Assembly: GCA_044224875.1 (NCBI GenBank)
Contig: JBGAJQ010000010.1
Coordinates: 32,001 to 96,000 of the forward strand
Direction: 5' to 3'
DNA length: 64,000 nt
DNA from: Gemmatimonadaceae bacterium
GTDB lineage: Bacteria > Gemmatimonadota > Gemmatimonadetes > Gemmatimonadales > Gemmatimonadaceae
Notes under the pieces: model-generated
The model's database searches: none
The model's input: only the letters and a program-made list of their open reading frames with translations
What the model was told of the DNA's origin: nothing
Shown here: piece by piece, positions 41,878 to 52,563 of the stretch
How positions within the stretch are numbered: the stretch's first letter is position 1
Layout: each line of letters begins with the position of its first letter
Program-made: the position numbers and the translations under genes

Positions 41878-42498
41878 TTAGGCCAGCCCCACCGCGCGAA
41901 GAATCGCGCGCAGCGACGGCAGGTCGGGGAGCAACAGGAAGAATCCGCGCAGGTGCTCGTTCGCCTCTTGCATGAAGAACTCCGTCTCAACGCAAATGAC
42001 GTAGTCCTTATCGGCGCCAAACTGGAGGTACGCGGTCGTCAGCACCGCGCGCGACATGTCGATCGCGAAGCTGGGTGGCGACGGCAGCAGCATCAGCCCC
42101 ATGAATTCGCTAAGTGCGTTCATGTACGCGCCACTCAGGATGTTCCCAGCCTCCTTGAGCGCCGACTGCTCCAACTCCGACAGCTCAGTCTCCGCGGGAT
42201 GCGGACGACGCAGCAACAGTTCCGCGAGGCGCGTGGCTGTCGGCGTCGGAAAGACCAGCAATGTCCGTCCCGTCAGGTCGCCCAACATGCTCATCAGCAC
42301 GGCAGCCACAGGCTCTTCGGGCGGACCGATGTGCGGTGGCACTTCCTCGAGTGCCGCGATGTTGATCGTCGGCACGGAGATCATGATCGTCTGACCGGTC
42401 ATCTGGGAGAGTGCGGTCGCCGCATGGCCGGCCCCGATGTTCGCCACCTCGCGGATGGCGTCCAACTGCATCGGCTTCAGGCTCAGTAACTCGTTCAT
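41878..42498 (-). CDS. cheC: CheC CheY-P phosphatase
   Basis: Two D/SxxxExxN motifs: DAIREVANIG and SALKEAGNI. Confidence 0.93.
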   Translation of the reverse strand: MNELLSLKPMQLDAIREVANIGAGHAATALSQMTGQTIMISVPTINIAALEEVPPHIGPPEEPVAAVLMSMLGDLTGRTLLVFPTPTATRLAELLLRRPHPAETELSELEQSALKEAGNILSGAYMNALSEFMGLMLLPSPPSFAIDMSRAVLTTAYLQFGADKDYVICVETEFFMQEANEHLRGFFLLLPDLPSLRAILRAVGLA

Positions 42499-42507
42499 CG
42501 CGTTCTC

Positions 42508-44400
42508 CTAGATCAAGCTGCTGACTTCCACGATCAGCGCCGGCATGCCGTCCGAAAGAATCGTCGCACCGCTGAAGCATTGTGCCGCCCCACGCACTGC
42601 ATCGAACGGTTTCACAACGATTTCCTGCTGACCGAGAAGCTGGTCGACGACGACCCCCGTTCGCCGATCCGCTGCCTCCAATACGACGATTTGCCCCCCC
42701 GGTTCGTCCCGCGGCGGAAGGCCAAGAATCTCCCGGAGATGTCGCAGGGTGAGGACCTCTTCACGGAGCAGCAGAACGTCCCGCCCCCGGACCGTTCGGC
42801 GCACGTCGGGGGTCAGCTGCAGGGTCTCGCGAATGTGGGTGAGCGGCAACGCGTATGTCTCGCCACCAACCCGGGCCAAGAGCGCCGGAATGATCGCCAG
42901 AGTCACCGGGAGTCGCAGGGAGAAGGTCGTTCCCTCCCCCTTTGCAGTGCGTAGTTCAATGGCGCCGCCGAGTGCTCGCCCGCGCGTGACCACGGCATCG
43001 ATGCCGACGCCCCGGCCGGAGAGGGATGTCACCTTTTCCGCAGTGGAAAACCCTGGGCGGGCGATCAGCCGGAGCAGCTCATCGTCGCTGAGCGAGTCGC
43101 GTTCCGCGTCAATCAGGCCCTTGGCCTTGGCGCGCTGTAGCACCGCCTCCCGATTCACTCCCCTGCCGTCGTCGGTGACGCGGATCACTACCGCGGACCG
43201 GTCGCGAGAGGCTGACAGGGTGAGTCGTCCGACGGGAGCCTTGCCCGAGGCGACGCGCGCTTCCGGCCCCTCGAGTCCGTGATCGATCGCGTTGCGTAAC
43301 AGGTGCACGAGTGGATCTCCCACCTGCTCGAGCAGGGAGCGATCGAGCTCGATTTCTCGTCCAAGAATCTCGAAGTCCACCTGTTTTCCGACGTCGCGCG
43401 CGGCATCCCGTACGACCCGTGGGAATCGATCAAAGACCTGCCAGACCGGGACCATCCGGCTGGACAATATCCCGTCTTGCAGCTCGCCAATCAGCCGCGA
43501 CGCATGGGCGATGGCATCATCCAATTCCTGGTCGTGGTGGGCGGATGCCAGCTGCACCAGCCGACCCTTCGCGATCACGAGCTCGCCCGTCAGGTTCATC
43601 ATGGCATCGAGACGTCTCAGGTCGATGCGGACAAAACGTTGGAGCTGGGCCGATCGCTCCGCGTCCCACGCGTCGGCACGGGCCTCGCCGCCGGCGGCCC
43701 GACGTTCGGGCGTCGCCCGGCGTCGGCGCAGCACCACGCGGTCGACATAACCCGCGGCGCGGATGGCCCGCTCGACGTCGGCCTCAAGGGCTTCGGTCGA
43801 GAGCCGAAAGGCGAAGGATCCGTCGAAACCGGGGGACAGGAACTGTTCCTCTGGCGGGGCCACCGCGACCACATCCCCAATTGTTCGCGCTCGTTGCAAA
43901 ACGAGAAGTGCCCGCGCCCCCGGCAGAGGTGCGTCACTCGTCAGCGACACTTCGACATCGATCCCGTCGGTGGTCGCGGGAGGCAGGACGGTGGCTACGT
44001 GTGCCCCCTTCTCGGTGGCAGCGGTCGCCCCACCGGAAACCCCCTGCAAGCGAGCCACCAGTGACCCCAGGTCGGCGTTGTTGCCACCGGCGACCGCATC
44101 CGCCACCGCACGCTCCAGCGTGTCGGTGGCCTCGAAGAGGAGGGATAGCACCTCGCCATCCAGCGTCCGCTCTCCTGCCCGCACGGAGGCGAGCAGCGTC
44201 TCCATCTCGTGGGACAAGGTGCCGACGACGTTGTATCCCATCACGCCGCTCATCCCCTTGAGCGTGTGCACCGCGCGAAAGAGCGCATCGAGGGGCGCCA
44301 CCGACTCGGGATTCCGCTCGAGTGCGAGCAACGCCTCACCCGCTGCGCTCAGATGGTCGCGGCTCTCGGTGAGATACAGGTCGGCGTACTTGCTCGACAT
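42508..44400 (-). CDS. cheA: CheA histidine kinase
   Basis: Hpt FRAVHTLKG, P2, dimerisation domain, HLLRNAIDHG, SGRGVG, C-terminal CheW-like P5. Confidence 0.96.
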   Translation of the reverse strand: MSSKYADLYLTESRDHLSAAGEALLALERNPESVAPLDALFRAVHTLKGMSGVMGYNVVGTLSHEMETLLASVRAGERTLDGEVLSLLFEATDTLERAVADAVAGGNNADLGSLVARLQGVSGGATAATEKGAHVATVLPPATTDGIDVEVSLTSDAPLPGARALLVLQRARTIGDVVAVAPPEEQFLSPGFDGSFAFRLSTEALEADVERAIRAAGYVDRVVLRRRRATPERRAAGGEARADAWDAERSAQLQRFVRIDLRRLDAMMNLTGELVIAKGRLVQLASAHHDQELDDAIAHASRLIGELQDGILSSRMVPVWQVFDRFPRVVRDAARDVGKQVDFEILGREIELDRSLLEQVGDPLVHLLRNAIDHGLEGPEARVASGKAPVGRLTLSASRDRSAVVIRVTDDGRGVNREAVLQRAKAKGLIDAERDSLSDDELLRLIARPGFSTAEKVTSLSGRGVGIDAVVTRGRALGGAIELRTAKGEGTTFSLRLPVTLAIIPALLARVGGETYALPLTHIRETLQLTPDVRRTVRGRDVLLLREEVLTLRHLREILGLPPRDEPGGQIVVLEAADRRTGVVVDQLLGQQEIVVKPFDAVRGAAQCFSGATILSDGMPALIVEVSSLI

Positions 44401-44483
44401 CGTCGGCGCAGGATGCGCTACAGCCGACGGTCGTGGCGGCGCGTCGGCGCGGCGCCAGGAGTCGTTAGGCGGCGGTCACGCGA

Positions 44484-44846
44484 TCATCCCAGCACGCGCT
44501 GGACGGCTTCGAGCACGCGGGATGGCTGGAATGGCTTCACCACGAAATCCTTCGCGCCAGCCTGGATCGCCTCGACGACGAGCGCTTGCTGGCCCATTGC
44601 GCTGCACATCAACACCCGCGCGGTCGGGTCCTTCTTCGTAATCTCGCGAACTGCGTCGATCCCACCCATGTCCGGCATGACGATGTCCATGGTCACGAGG
44701 TCCGGATGCAATTGGTTGTAGCGCTCGACAGCTTGTGCACCCGTTTCTGCCTCACCGACGACCTCAAATCCCGCCTGTTGCAGGATGTCGCCGAGCATGG
44801 TGCGCATGAAAATCGCGTCGTCGCAAATCAGGACTCTGTGACTCAC
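44484..44846 (-). CDS. cheY: CheY response regulator (Bacillus/Thermotoga-like)
   Basis: DDAIFMR, TMDIVMP, CSAMGQQ, VKPF; GGAG upstream of GTG 44846. Confidence 0.93.
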   Translation of the reverse strand: MSHRVLICDDAIFMRTMLGDILQQAGFEVVGEAETGAQAVERYNQLHPDLVTMDIVMPDMGGIDAVREITKKDPTARVLMCSAMGQQALVVEAIQAGAKDFVVKPFQPSRVLEAVQRVLG

Positions 44847-44885
44847 CGTCATCTCCCTGGCCGTGGGCACACACGAGAACGGCAG

Positions 44886-45344
44886 CTAGGCCAGTACCTG
44901 CCGCACGAGCTCGTTCACGTCAACTATGATGACGACTCGCTCGCCGAAATGTCCCAAACCGCGGGCCAACGCGCCCGATCGCGCGGGAGGCGCCGGTTCG
45001 ATCTCGTTCGCCGACAGGATTTGCACGTCCAGCACGTCGTCCACAGCTAAGCCAAGGAGGCGACCTGCCCCCTGCACCACCACGACGGACGCATTGTCCT
45101 CGGCGAGGCGTGTCTTCCCGTCCGTGACGCGTTGCGTGAAGTCGACTACCGTCAACATGGCGCCGCGCACGTTCATGATCCCTCGGACGAACGGCGGCGC
45201 GCCAGGGAGCCGGGTGGCGGGCGACAGCGGCACCACTTCGCGCAGGGCCTCTCCATCGAAGCCATAGAGCGTACCAGCCGCCTCAACCACCAGCAGCCGG
45301 TGTTCGCTACGATCCGGAGGGGACGCGGTAGAAGCCAAAGACAT
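44886..45344 (-). CDS. cheW: CheW coupling protein
   Basis: LPGAPPFVRGIMNVRG, LGLAVDDVLDV; start overlaps the 3' end of rluA. Confidence 0.92.
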   Translation of the reverse strand: MSLASTASPPDRSEHRLLVVEAAGTLYGFDGEALREVVPLSPATRLPGAPPFVRGIMNVRGAMLTVVDFTQRVTDGKTRLAEDNASVVVVQGAGRLLGLAVDDVLDVQILSANEIEPAPPARSGALARGLGHFGERVVIIVDVNELVRQVLA

Positions 45345-46311
45345 CAAGTGGGTCCGGGTGCTCCAACAGCGTGGCGTCGTTCGCCACTCGAGCAAGCGAC
45401 GCGCGCAGGTCGTCTGGCAACGGAGCCCGAACGTCGACCTCCTGACCGGTGTCCGGGTGTCGGAATCGGATCCACGCCGCGTGAAGAAAATGCCGCTGCG
45501 ACGGGAGTTGAACGATCCGCCGGCCACCGCCGCCCCCGTAAGTATCGTCCCCTACGACGGGATGCCCGATCGAGGCAAGATGTACGCGAATCTGGTGCGT
45601 GCGCCCGGTGTGAAGGTGCGCGCGCAGCAGGTCGACCGCGTCGAATCGGGCCAGGCGATGAAACGTCGTCTTCGCTGCCTTACCTGTATGGACGACCGCC
45701 ATACGCTTCCGGTCTCGCGGGTCGCGGGCCAGCGGCTGATCGACTGTGAGCGTGTCGGCGTCCAGATGCCCCCAGCACATGGCCGCGTAACGGCGCGACA
45801 CTCGTCGCGCGGCGAGTGCCGCGGACAGCAGACGATGCACGCGCTCGGACTTGGCGACGAGCAATAGCCCCGATGTGTCCTTGTCCAGTCGGTGAACGAG
45901 CCCCGAGCGATCCGTCGCCGGATCAGCGTCGTCGACGTCCGCACGCCGACCCATGAGGGCATTCACCAGTGTCCCACTCCAGTTTCCGGGCGCCGGATGT
46001 ACCACCATTCCCGCAGGCTTGTTCACGACCATAAGGGCGTCGTCTTCGTAGACCACGTCGAGCGGGATGGACTCTGCCACAATCTCGCGCTCTTCCTTGG
46101 CCGGAACCTCAACCACCACCCGATCGTTGGCCACTGGCCGGTAGCTCGCTTTTTCTCGCAGGCCATTCACCGTGGCGCAGCCATTGGCGATGAGCGTTGC
46201 AGCTTGCGTGCGCGAAGTGTTGAGCCACTGGGCTATGAACAAATCGAGGCGAACATTGCTGTCCGCCTCGAGCGATCGTTCGTGCCTGGATGATGCGGCT
46301 TCCACGCCCAC
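45307..46311 (-). CDS. RluA/RluD pseudouridine synthase
   Basis: S4-like N-terminus, NKPAG, HRLDKDTSG, GRTHQIRVH. Start approximate. Confidence 0.94.
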   Translation of the reverse strand: MGVEAASSRHERSLEADSNVRLDLFIAQWLNTSRTQAATLIANGCATVNGLREKASYRPVANDRVVVEVPAKEEREIVAESIPLDVVYEDDALMVVNKPAGMVVHPAPGNWSGTLVNALMGRRADVDDADPATDRSGLVHRLDKDTSGLLLVAKSERVHRLLSAALAARRVSRRYAAMCWGHLDADTLTVDQPLARDPRDRKRMAVVHTGKAAKTTFHRLARFDAVDLLRAHLHTGRTHQIRVHLASIGHPVVGDDTYGGGGGRRIVQLPSQRHFLHAAWIRFRHPDTGQEVDVRAPLPDDLRASLARVANDATLLEHPDPLDVFGFYRVPSGS

Positions 46312-46312
46312 G

Positions 46313-46864
46313 CTACCCCGCGAGACCGGAGGCGCGCCGCTCCCCGGCCGCTTCCCGAGCGGCATGTTCGCGTGCTGCTTGCTTGTCCTCTCCCCAGAGG
46401 ACCCAAGCGAGCAGGAACGCCCCCGTGCTCACGGCCATATCCGCGACGTTGAAAGTCGGCCAGCGCGACGTCCCAATGCCGACGTCAATGAAGTCCACGA
46501 CGCCGAGCGGCGAACGGACTCGGTCAATGAGGTTTCCCAACGCGCCACCGGTGACGAGCCCCAAGGCAACGGTCCGCGCCCACGCCCCGGGCTGTGACTG
46601 GCGATAGAGCCGCCACAGAATGACCAAGGCGCCTAACGTGAGAACGAGGAATATCCACCGCGAGTACGGACCCAGATGCAACCCGAAGGCGGCCCCGGGA
46701 TTGTAGACAAGGTTCCAGCGGACGGTGTTGCCGAGCACCTCATGCGGGACTCCGCGTGGCATGAGCGCGGTCGCGGCGATCGACTTGGTGATCTGGTCCA
46801 GCACCACCACCACGAGGGCTAGCGGGAAGTAGACCATGGCCAGCGGCCGGTCACTTCTTGGCAT
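46313..46864 (-). CDS. lspA: Lipoprotein signal peptidase II
   Basis: DQITK, NPGAAFG, GNLIDR, VVDF, FNVAD. Confidence 0.96.
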   Translation of the reverse strand: MPRSDRPLAMVYFPLALVVVVLDQITKSIAATALMPRGVPHEVLGNTVRWNLVYNPGAAFGLHLGPYSRWIFLVLTLGALVILWRLYRQSQPGAWARTVALGLVTGGALGNLIDRVRSPLGVVDFIDVGIGTSRWPTFNVADMAVSTGAFLLAWVLWGEDKQAAREHAAREAAGERRASGLAG

Positions 46865-47273
46865 CTTCCTCCCGCTGCTTGCACGATATGCAATACCGCG
46901 CGTGTGGCAGGGCATCAAGCCGCTCGAACGCGATTTCTTCACCGCAGCCGTGGCACTTACCGAACGTCTCCGGGCTCTTGTACAGTCGGCGGAGCGCCTG
47001 ATCGATGTGCCACAGGAATCGTCCCTCCTGACTGGCGAACAGGAACGCCTTCTCGCGCTCCATGGCGTCCGTTCCCTGGTCAGCCATGTGGAATGAGTAC
47101 GAGCTCAAGTCGCCATCCGCCGATTGGGGCGTGGCGCCAAACACGTCGTCGTAGTGGCCAAGCTCCTTGAGCACGCGCCCTCGCTCTTCCAAGAGGCGCT
47201 TCTCAAAGTGCTGCAGCTGCTTCTTTGTCATCGGCTTGAGTTTCTTCGCGCCGCTTGATGTGGGCATGGTCAA
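46851..47273 (-). CDS. TraR/DksA C4 zinc-finger protein
   Basis: Coiled coil with HMADQGTD; CHGC...CISC. Confidence 0.92.
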   Translation of the reverse strand: MTMPTSSGAKKLKPMTKKQLQHFEKRLLEERGRVLKELGHYDDVFGATPQSADGDLSSYSFHMADQGTDAMEREKAFLFASQEGRFLWHIDQALRRLYKSPETFGKCHGCGEEIAFERLDALPHARYCISCKQREEDAKK

Positions 47274-50200
47274 ATATCCGTGGTAAAGGCAAACCGTACT
47301 TCGAAGCCATCGATGTCTGCCGTCTGCGAGACCGTCATCTGGTCAAGCCCGTTGCCACCGATCTGTACTTCAACCGCCAGCACCTCACCGGCGATCCATT
47401 CCTTGTACTCCCCGACCGCTTGCTTGATCTCCTCTGACCCGTCAACCACCAATCGAATCCGATCGCTCACGGCGAGTTCCGCTTCTTTCCGCGAACGTTG
47501 AACACGACTCACGAACTCACGCGCCAACCCCTCCCGACGCAACGCATCCGTCACCGTTGGGTCAATGGCAGCGAATCGGCCCATGGCCTCCTTCACCACC
47601 AGATCGCCCGTGGCGCGCCGAACAATCGTAACATCCTCCACGTCCAGATGCCGAGTCTCCCCCTCGACCGTGATCGACAGCGACTCGCCACGTTCGAAAG
47701 CCCGGAGGTGATCACCGCTCAGGGCTTCTACCGCCTTCGCAGCCAACGGCGTGCGCTTTCCGAACTTCTTTCCGAGGGTGCGAAAGTTGGCCTTCGCCTC
47801 CAACGTCACAAGGTCGTCCGCCGAGTTCAGGAGGGCGACCTCCTTCACGTTCAACTCAACCTTCAGCAAGGGCAGGAGTTGCTCGACCTCCTTTGCGTGC
47901 TCGTGCGGAACGACGCAGGCGAGCTTCGCCAGGGGGCGCCGGACGTTGACCCCAGCGTCCTCCCTCGCCGCGCGCCCTAGTCGGGAGAGGGCTCGAATCT
48001 CCTCCATGGCGCCTTCCAAGGCAGGAAGGATCGGCTCCCGCTCAGCCCGAACGAAGTCCGCGAGGTGTACGGAGGTTCCACACAGCTGGCGGTGCATCCA
48101 GTCACTGAAAAATGGCGCCAACGGCGCCAGCAGCCGTGCGGTGACCGTGAGGACCGTATGCAGCGTGGCGAAGGCTGCCCGATTGTCTGGCCCGTCCACT
48201 TCGAAGAAGCGCGAGCGATTCAACCGGACGTACCAGTTGGAGACGTCGTCCACGACGAATGTCATCAACAGCCGCGCGGCGGCCGTGGCGTCGAACGCCT
48301 CCAGCAGGTTGTCCACCTCACGTTCCACCGACGCCGTGCGGGACAAGATCCAGCGATCGATCACGGGCCGGTCGACCGGCGCGGGGTCCGACGGGGAAGG
48401 CGCCCAACCGAAGTTCGCGTACTGCGCGAAGATCCCGGAGTACACGTTCTTCAAGGTCAGGAGGAATCGCGCCGACGTCTCCCGAATGGCCGCCGGGTCA
48501 AACAGCTTGGGTGTACCCAGCTGACTCGACGAAAGGAGGAAGAGTCGAACCGCGTCGGCCCCGAACTCATCCATGACGTCCCACGGATTCACGACGTTGC
48601 CGAGGGATTTCGACATCTTCTTGCCGTTGGCGTCGAGCACGAGATCGTTCACGACCACAGCGGCATAGGGCGCAACCTTTGGCGGAGCGGTGGCGCCACT
48701 CGCGTTGTTAGGCAGTGCATCGCCCAAACCCGCGGCGATCGCCAGCAAGGAGTAGAACCACCCGCGGGTCTGGTCGAGCCCCTCGGCGATGAAATCGGCT
48801 GGGTACTGCTGCGCCACCGTGTCCCGATTCTCGAAGGGAAAGTGCCATTGTGCAAACGGCATCGACCCCGAATCGAACCACGCGTCGATGACCTCATTTA
48901 CCCGAACCATGCTCGCATCGCGACACTTCGCGCACGGCCAGCGGTATTGATCGACGAACGGCTTGTGCGGATCGAAGTCGTCAGGCAGGGACTGGCCGGT
49001 GCGAGTGGCGAGGTCGGCGAATGACCCGATGACTTCAACGTGCGTTTCGTCCCGCTCGCACACCCACACGGGAAGTGGCGTTCCCCAGTACCGGTCGCGC
49101 GAGATCGCCCAGTCGACGTTGTTCTTGAGCCACTCGCCAAATCGGCCTTCACCGACCTCCACCGGATGCCACGACATGCGTGCGTTCCGCGCCAGCATCT
49201 CATCCTTGTAACTGGACGTGCGCACGAACCACGACACGCGTGCGTAATAGAGCAGCGGCGTCTTGCAGCGCCAGCAATGCGGATACGCGTGGGTGATGGT
49301 TCCCACTTTCCAGAGCACGTCACGCCGCTTGAGTTCCTCCAGGATGTTGGCATCCGCATCCTTGACCCACTTGCCACCGACGAGGGGAATTCCGTCTTCG
49401 AACGTGCCCCGTGACGTCACGGGCTGCAACATCGCCAGACGGTGCTTTTGCCCGATGGCATAGTCGTCCGCTCCAAATGCCGGCGACATGTGCTTCCCCC
49501 TCGGGGAATGGCACCCAATCCAGCGGGCGTTGGTAGCGACGCCCCACCAACTGGCTTCCCGTTAGGCGAGCGACCACCTCCCACCGATCTTCGAAGCTCT
49601 CACCAAGAACTGCCGTCGCCCGAGCCTCGGCGAGGATGATGGTCCAGGCATCGGCACCCGCGCTCCGTTTTCGTAGCTCGACGTATGTGAGGTCCGGATG
49701 CACGGCCAAGGCGACGTTGGACACCAACGTCCACGGCGTGGTGGTCCACACGATCAGGCGCCGGCGGACGGCGGACGCCCCCGAACTCGGCGCGAGGTCC
49801 AGCGCCAGATACACGCTCGGATCGTCGACGTCCTCGTACCCCTGCGCGACCTCGTGCGACGAGAGCGCCGTGCCGCATCGTGCGCAATACGGCAGGATCT
49901 TATGCCCGCGATAGAGCAACCCACGCTCGTGCAGCGTCTTGAGCGCCCACCACTCACTTTCGATGTAGTCGTTGGTGTAGGTGACGTACGGATGCTCGTA
50001 GTCCTGCCAGTGGGCCACCCGCTCCACCATGCGCTCCCATTCGGCCCGATACTTCCAGACGCTTTCGCGACAGCGGGCATTGAACTGTGCCACGCCTAAC
50101 GCTTCGATGTCCGGCTTGCCACTGATGCCCAACTCCTTCTCGACTTCGATCTCGACGGGAAGGCCGTGCGTGTCCCAGCCGGCTTTGCGCGGCACGTAGT

Positions 50201-50441
50201 AGCCACGCATGGCACGATGACGGCAGAACAGGTCCTTCATGGTGCGCGCGAACACGTGGTGCACCCCGGGGCGACCATTCGCGGTCGGCGGACCGTCATA
50301 GAATACCCACGAGGGACGGCCCACCCGCTCGGCCAGCGAGCGCTCGAACAGACGTTCCCGGCGCCACGTCTCGAGCAATTCCTCTTCCAAGGCGCTGGCG
50401 CGTCGGCCGGGCTCGAGCTGCTGAAAACGCGTACCGCTCAT
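47270..50441 (-). CDS. ileS: Isoleucine--tRNA ligase type 2, broken by a deletion/frameshift near 49490
   Basis: [47 protein letters not shown]; no C-terminal zinc finger. Confidence 0.93.
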
Positions 50442-51274
50442 GCCAGCTGCTCCAGTACCCCGGCAATCAACGCCGTCAGGTGCGGCTCGGCGCGATTGGC
50501 GACCGCCACGATCTTTTCCACCGTCGCTGGCTCCAGATGGTCAGGTAAACACATATCGGTGATGATGGAGACACCCAGCACGCGCATCCCACCGTGAACC
50601 GCGACGATGACCTCAGGAACCGTGGACATTCCTACCACGTCCGCGCCGACTCCGCGAAGCATGCGATACTCCGCCTTGGTTTCCAGGGCGGGGCCGGCAA
50701 CGGCGACGTAGACGCCTTCCCGAAGGACATGCCCCAGCTTGGCCGCCGTACTGCGTGCCAGGGCGCGAAGCTCGCGGTCGTACGGCTCCGACATATCCGG
50801 AAAGCGTGGCCCCAACCGATCATCGTTTCGGCCGATGAGCGGACTGTCGCCTAACAAGTTGATGTGGTCCGCGATCAACATCAGGTCACCGGCGTTCCAT
50901 AGGGGATGCAGGCCCCCGCACGCGTTGGACACGATGAGCGTGCGCGCACCGAGGGCACGCAGGACGCGAACCGGGAACGAGACCTGTTGGAGCGAATAGC
51001 CTTCATACCGGTGAAAACGTCCCTGCATGGCAATGACTGGCTTCCCCGAGAGAGTCCCGCTCAGCAGCCTGCCCGCGTGCGACTCCACGGTGGCGGCGGG
51101 AAAGTTTGGAATGTCCGCGTATGGAATGGCAACCGCGTGTTCGATGCGCTGGGCGAGGCCACCCAGTCCCGTTCCGAGGATGATGCCAACATCGGGCGCG
51201 TGCGAGATCCGCGCGCGCACGACCGCCGCCGCCGACTCGACTGCTTCCAGCGTGTGCAATGCCACTCCAGTCAC
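50438..51274 (-). CDS. Purine-nucleoside phosphorylase (trimeric type)
   Basis: [34 protein letters not shown] upstream of GTG 51274. Confidence 0.94.
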   Translation of the reverse strand: MTGVALHTLEAVESAAAVVRARISHAPDVGIILGTGLGGLAQRIEHAVAIPYADIPNFPAATVESHAGRLLSGTLSGKPVIAMQGRFHRYEGYSLQQVSFPVRVLRALGARTLIVSNACGGLHPLWNAGDLMLIADHINLLGDSPLIGRNDDRLGPRFPDMSEPYDRELRALARSTAAKLGHVLREGVYVAVAGPALETKAEYRMLRGVGADVVGMSTVPEVIVAVHGGMRVLGVSIITDMCLPDHLEPATVEKIVAVANRAEPHLTALIAGVLEQLA

Positions 51275-51300
51275 CCTGTGTCTCCTGATCTGACGAGAGC

Positions 51301-51846
51301 CTATTCGCTTGCCAGCGAGTTCAACCACTCTGGAGTGGCTGGCTTGCTCGCAGCTTCAGGTGCGGCCGGCGACATCGAACTGGGAGCCGCCTCGGCCGCC
51401 TCGACGTCTGCCAGCTGTCGCTCGATCATGGAACGAAGCTGGGCCAGGTAGCTGCGTCGCTGCCTGACGAGTTGTTCGAGGTCGTTCTGAACACGACGCA
51501 CTTCGCTCCGTGCCTGCTCCAACATCTTGTCCGCTTCGGCACGCGCTTCACGCAGGATGAGCTGGGACTCGCGGTCGGCCTGTTCGCGCACCTCCGCCCG
51601 CAGCTGTTGGGCGGAGACGAGCGCCTCGTTGATCGCCTTGTCGCGTTCACGAAAGGCGCGCAATTGCTCGTGGAACCCCTTGGCCTTTGCATCCAGATCC
51701 TGCGCTTGCTTCACGAGACGCTCGACTTCGCGCGCGACCTCATCGCGAAACTGGTCGACGCGCGCCTTGTCGTATCCGCGCAGGGCGCTGCCGAAATCGA
51801 ACCGCCGAATATCGAGGGGCGTCAGGTGAAAGCTTTCGTCGGTCAT
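51301..51846 (-). CDS. divIVA: DivIVA-domain coiled-coil protein
   Basis: [24 protein letters not shown] followed by a long coiled coil. Confidence 0.9.
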   Translation of the reverse strand: MTDESFHLTPLDIRRFDFGSALRGYDKARVDQFRDEVAREVERLVKQAQDLDAKAKGFHEQLRAFRERDKAINEALVSAQQLRAEVREQADRESQLILREARAEADKMLEQARSEVRRVQNDLEQLVRQRRSYLAQLRSMIERQLADVEAAEAAPSSMSPAAPEAASKPATPEWLNSLASE

Positions 51847-52526
51847 GGCGCTCTCGCTCCGAACAGGATGGTCCCCAGGCGCACCATCGTTGCGCCTTCC
51901 TCAATCGCCACTTCAAAGTCATTGGACATGCCCATCGACAGCTCGGTCGCCGGGTGACCGGCTTGGTGCAGCAGCTCACACGCCCGACGCGCCCCGCTGA
52001 ACGTCTGGCGCAACACTGCCTCGCTCGCGCCTAACGGCGCCATGGTCATGACCCCGACCACCTCAAGCCCCTTCTTCTCCCGCAAGCGTTCCGCCTCCGG
52101 TTCGAGCTCCTCCAGCGACCACCCACCCTTGGTTACCTCGCCCGAGGTATTCACTTGCAGCAGCACTCGGTGCGCCCGACCCCGTGCTTGCCCATCGTCA
52201 TCGACTGCGTCTGCCAGACGCGCACTGTCCAGCGAGTGCAGCATGACAAAGTGAGCCAGCTGCTTCACCTTGTTTCGTTGCAGATGTCCAATCAGGTGCC
52301 ACCGAACCGGCGCGGAAACGCTAGGCATCTTTGAGATCGCCTCTTGCACGCGGTTCTCACCCACGTCTTCGAGTCCGCAGGCAAAGGCCGCGTCAACCGC
52401 CTCCGGGCCGTACGTTTTCGTCACCGCGACAATACGGACCTCCTGACCCCGCCCGCCGTGCCGCCGGCGATCGGCAATTCGATCGCGAACTTCTGCCACA
52501 CGCTGTTGGAGGCCAGGAAAAGGCAT
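51843..52526 (-). CDS. yggS: YggS/PLP homeostasis protein
   Basis: AVTKT, GENRVQE, WHLIGHLQRNK, LSMGMSND, VRLGT. Confidence 0.96.
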   Translation of the reverse strand: MPFPGLQQRVAEVRDRIADRRRHGGRGQEVRIVAVTKTYGPEAVDAAFACGLEDVGENRVQEAISKMPSVSAPVRWHLIGHLQRNKVKQLAHFVMLHSLDSARLADAVDDDGQARGRAHRVLLQVNTSGEVTKGGWSLEELEPEAERLREKKGLEVVGVMTMAPLGASEAVLRQTFSGARRACELLHQAGHPATELSMGMSNDFEVAIEEGATMVRLGTILFGARAP

Positions 52527-52534
52527 AACATCAA

Positions 52535-52563
52535 ATTCTATCGGAAGTTACATACCGAATCAA
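52535..52563 (-). promoter_or_regulatory. Internal sigma70-like promoter before yggS (leaderless geometry)
   Basis: TTGATT, 17 nt, TAGAAT; the ATG is 8 nt downstream and there is no Shine-Dalgarno. Confidence 0.55.
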
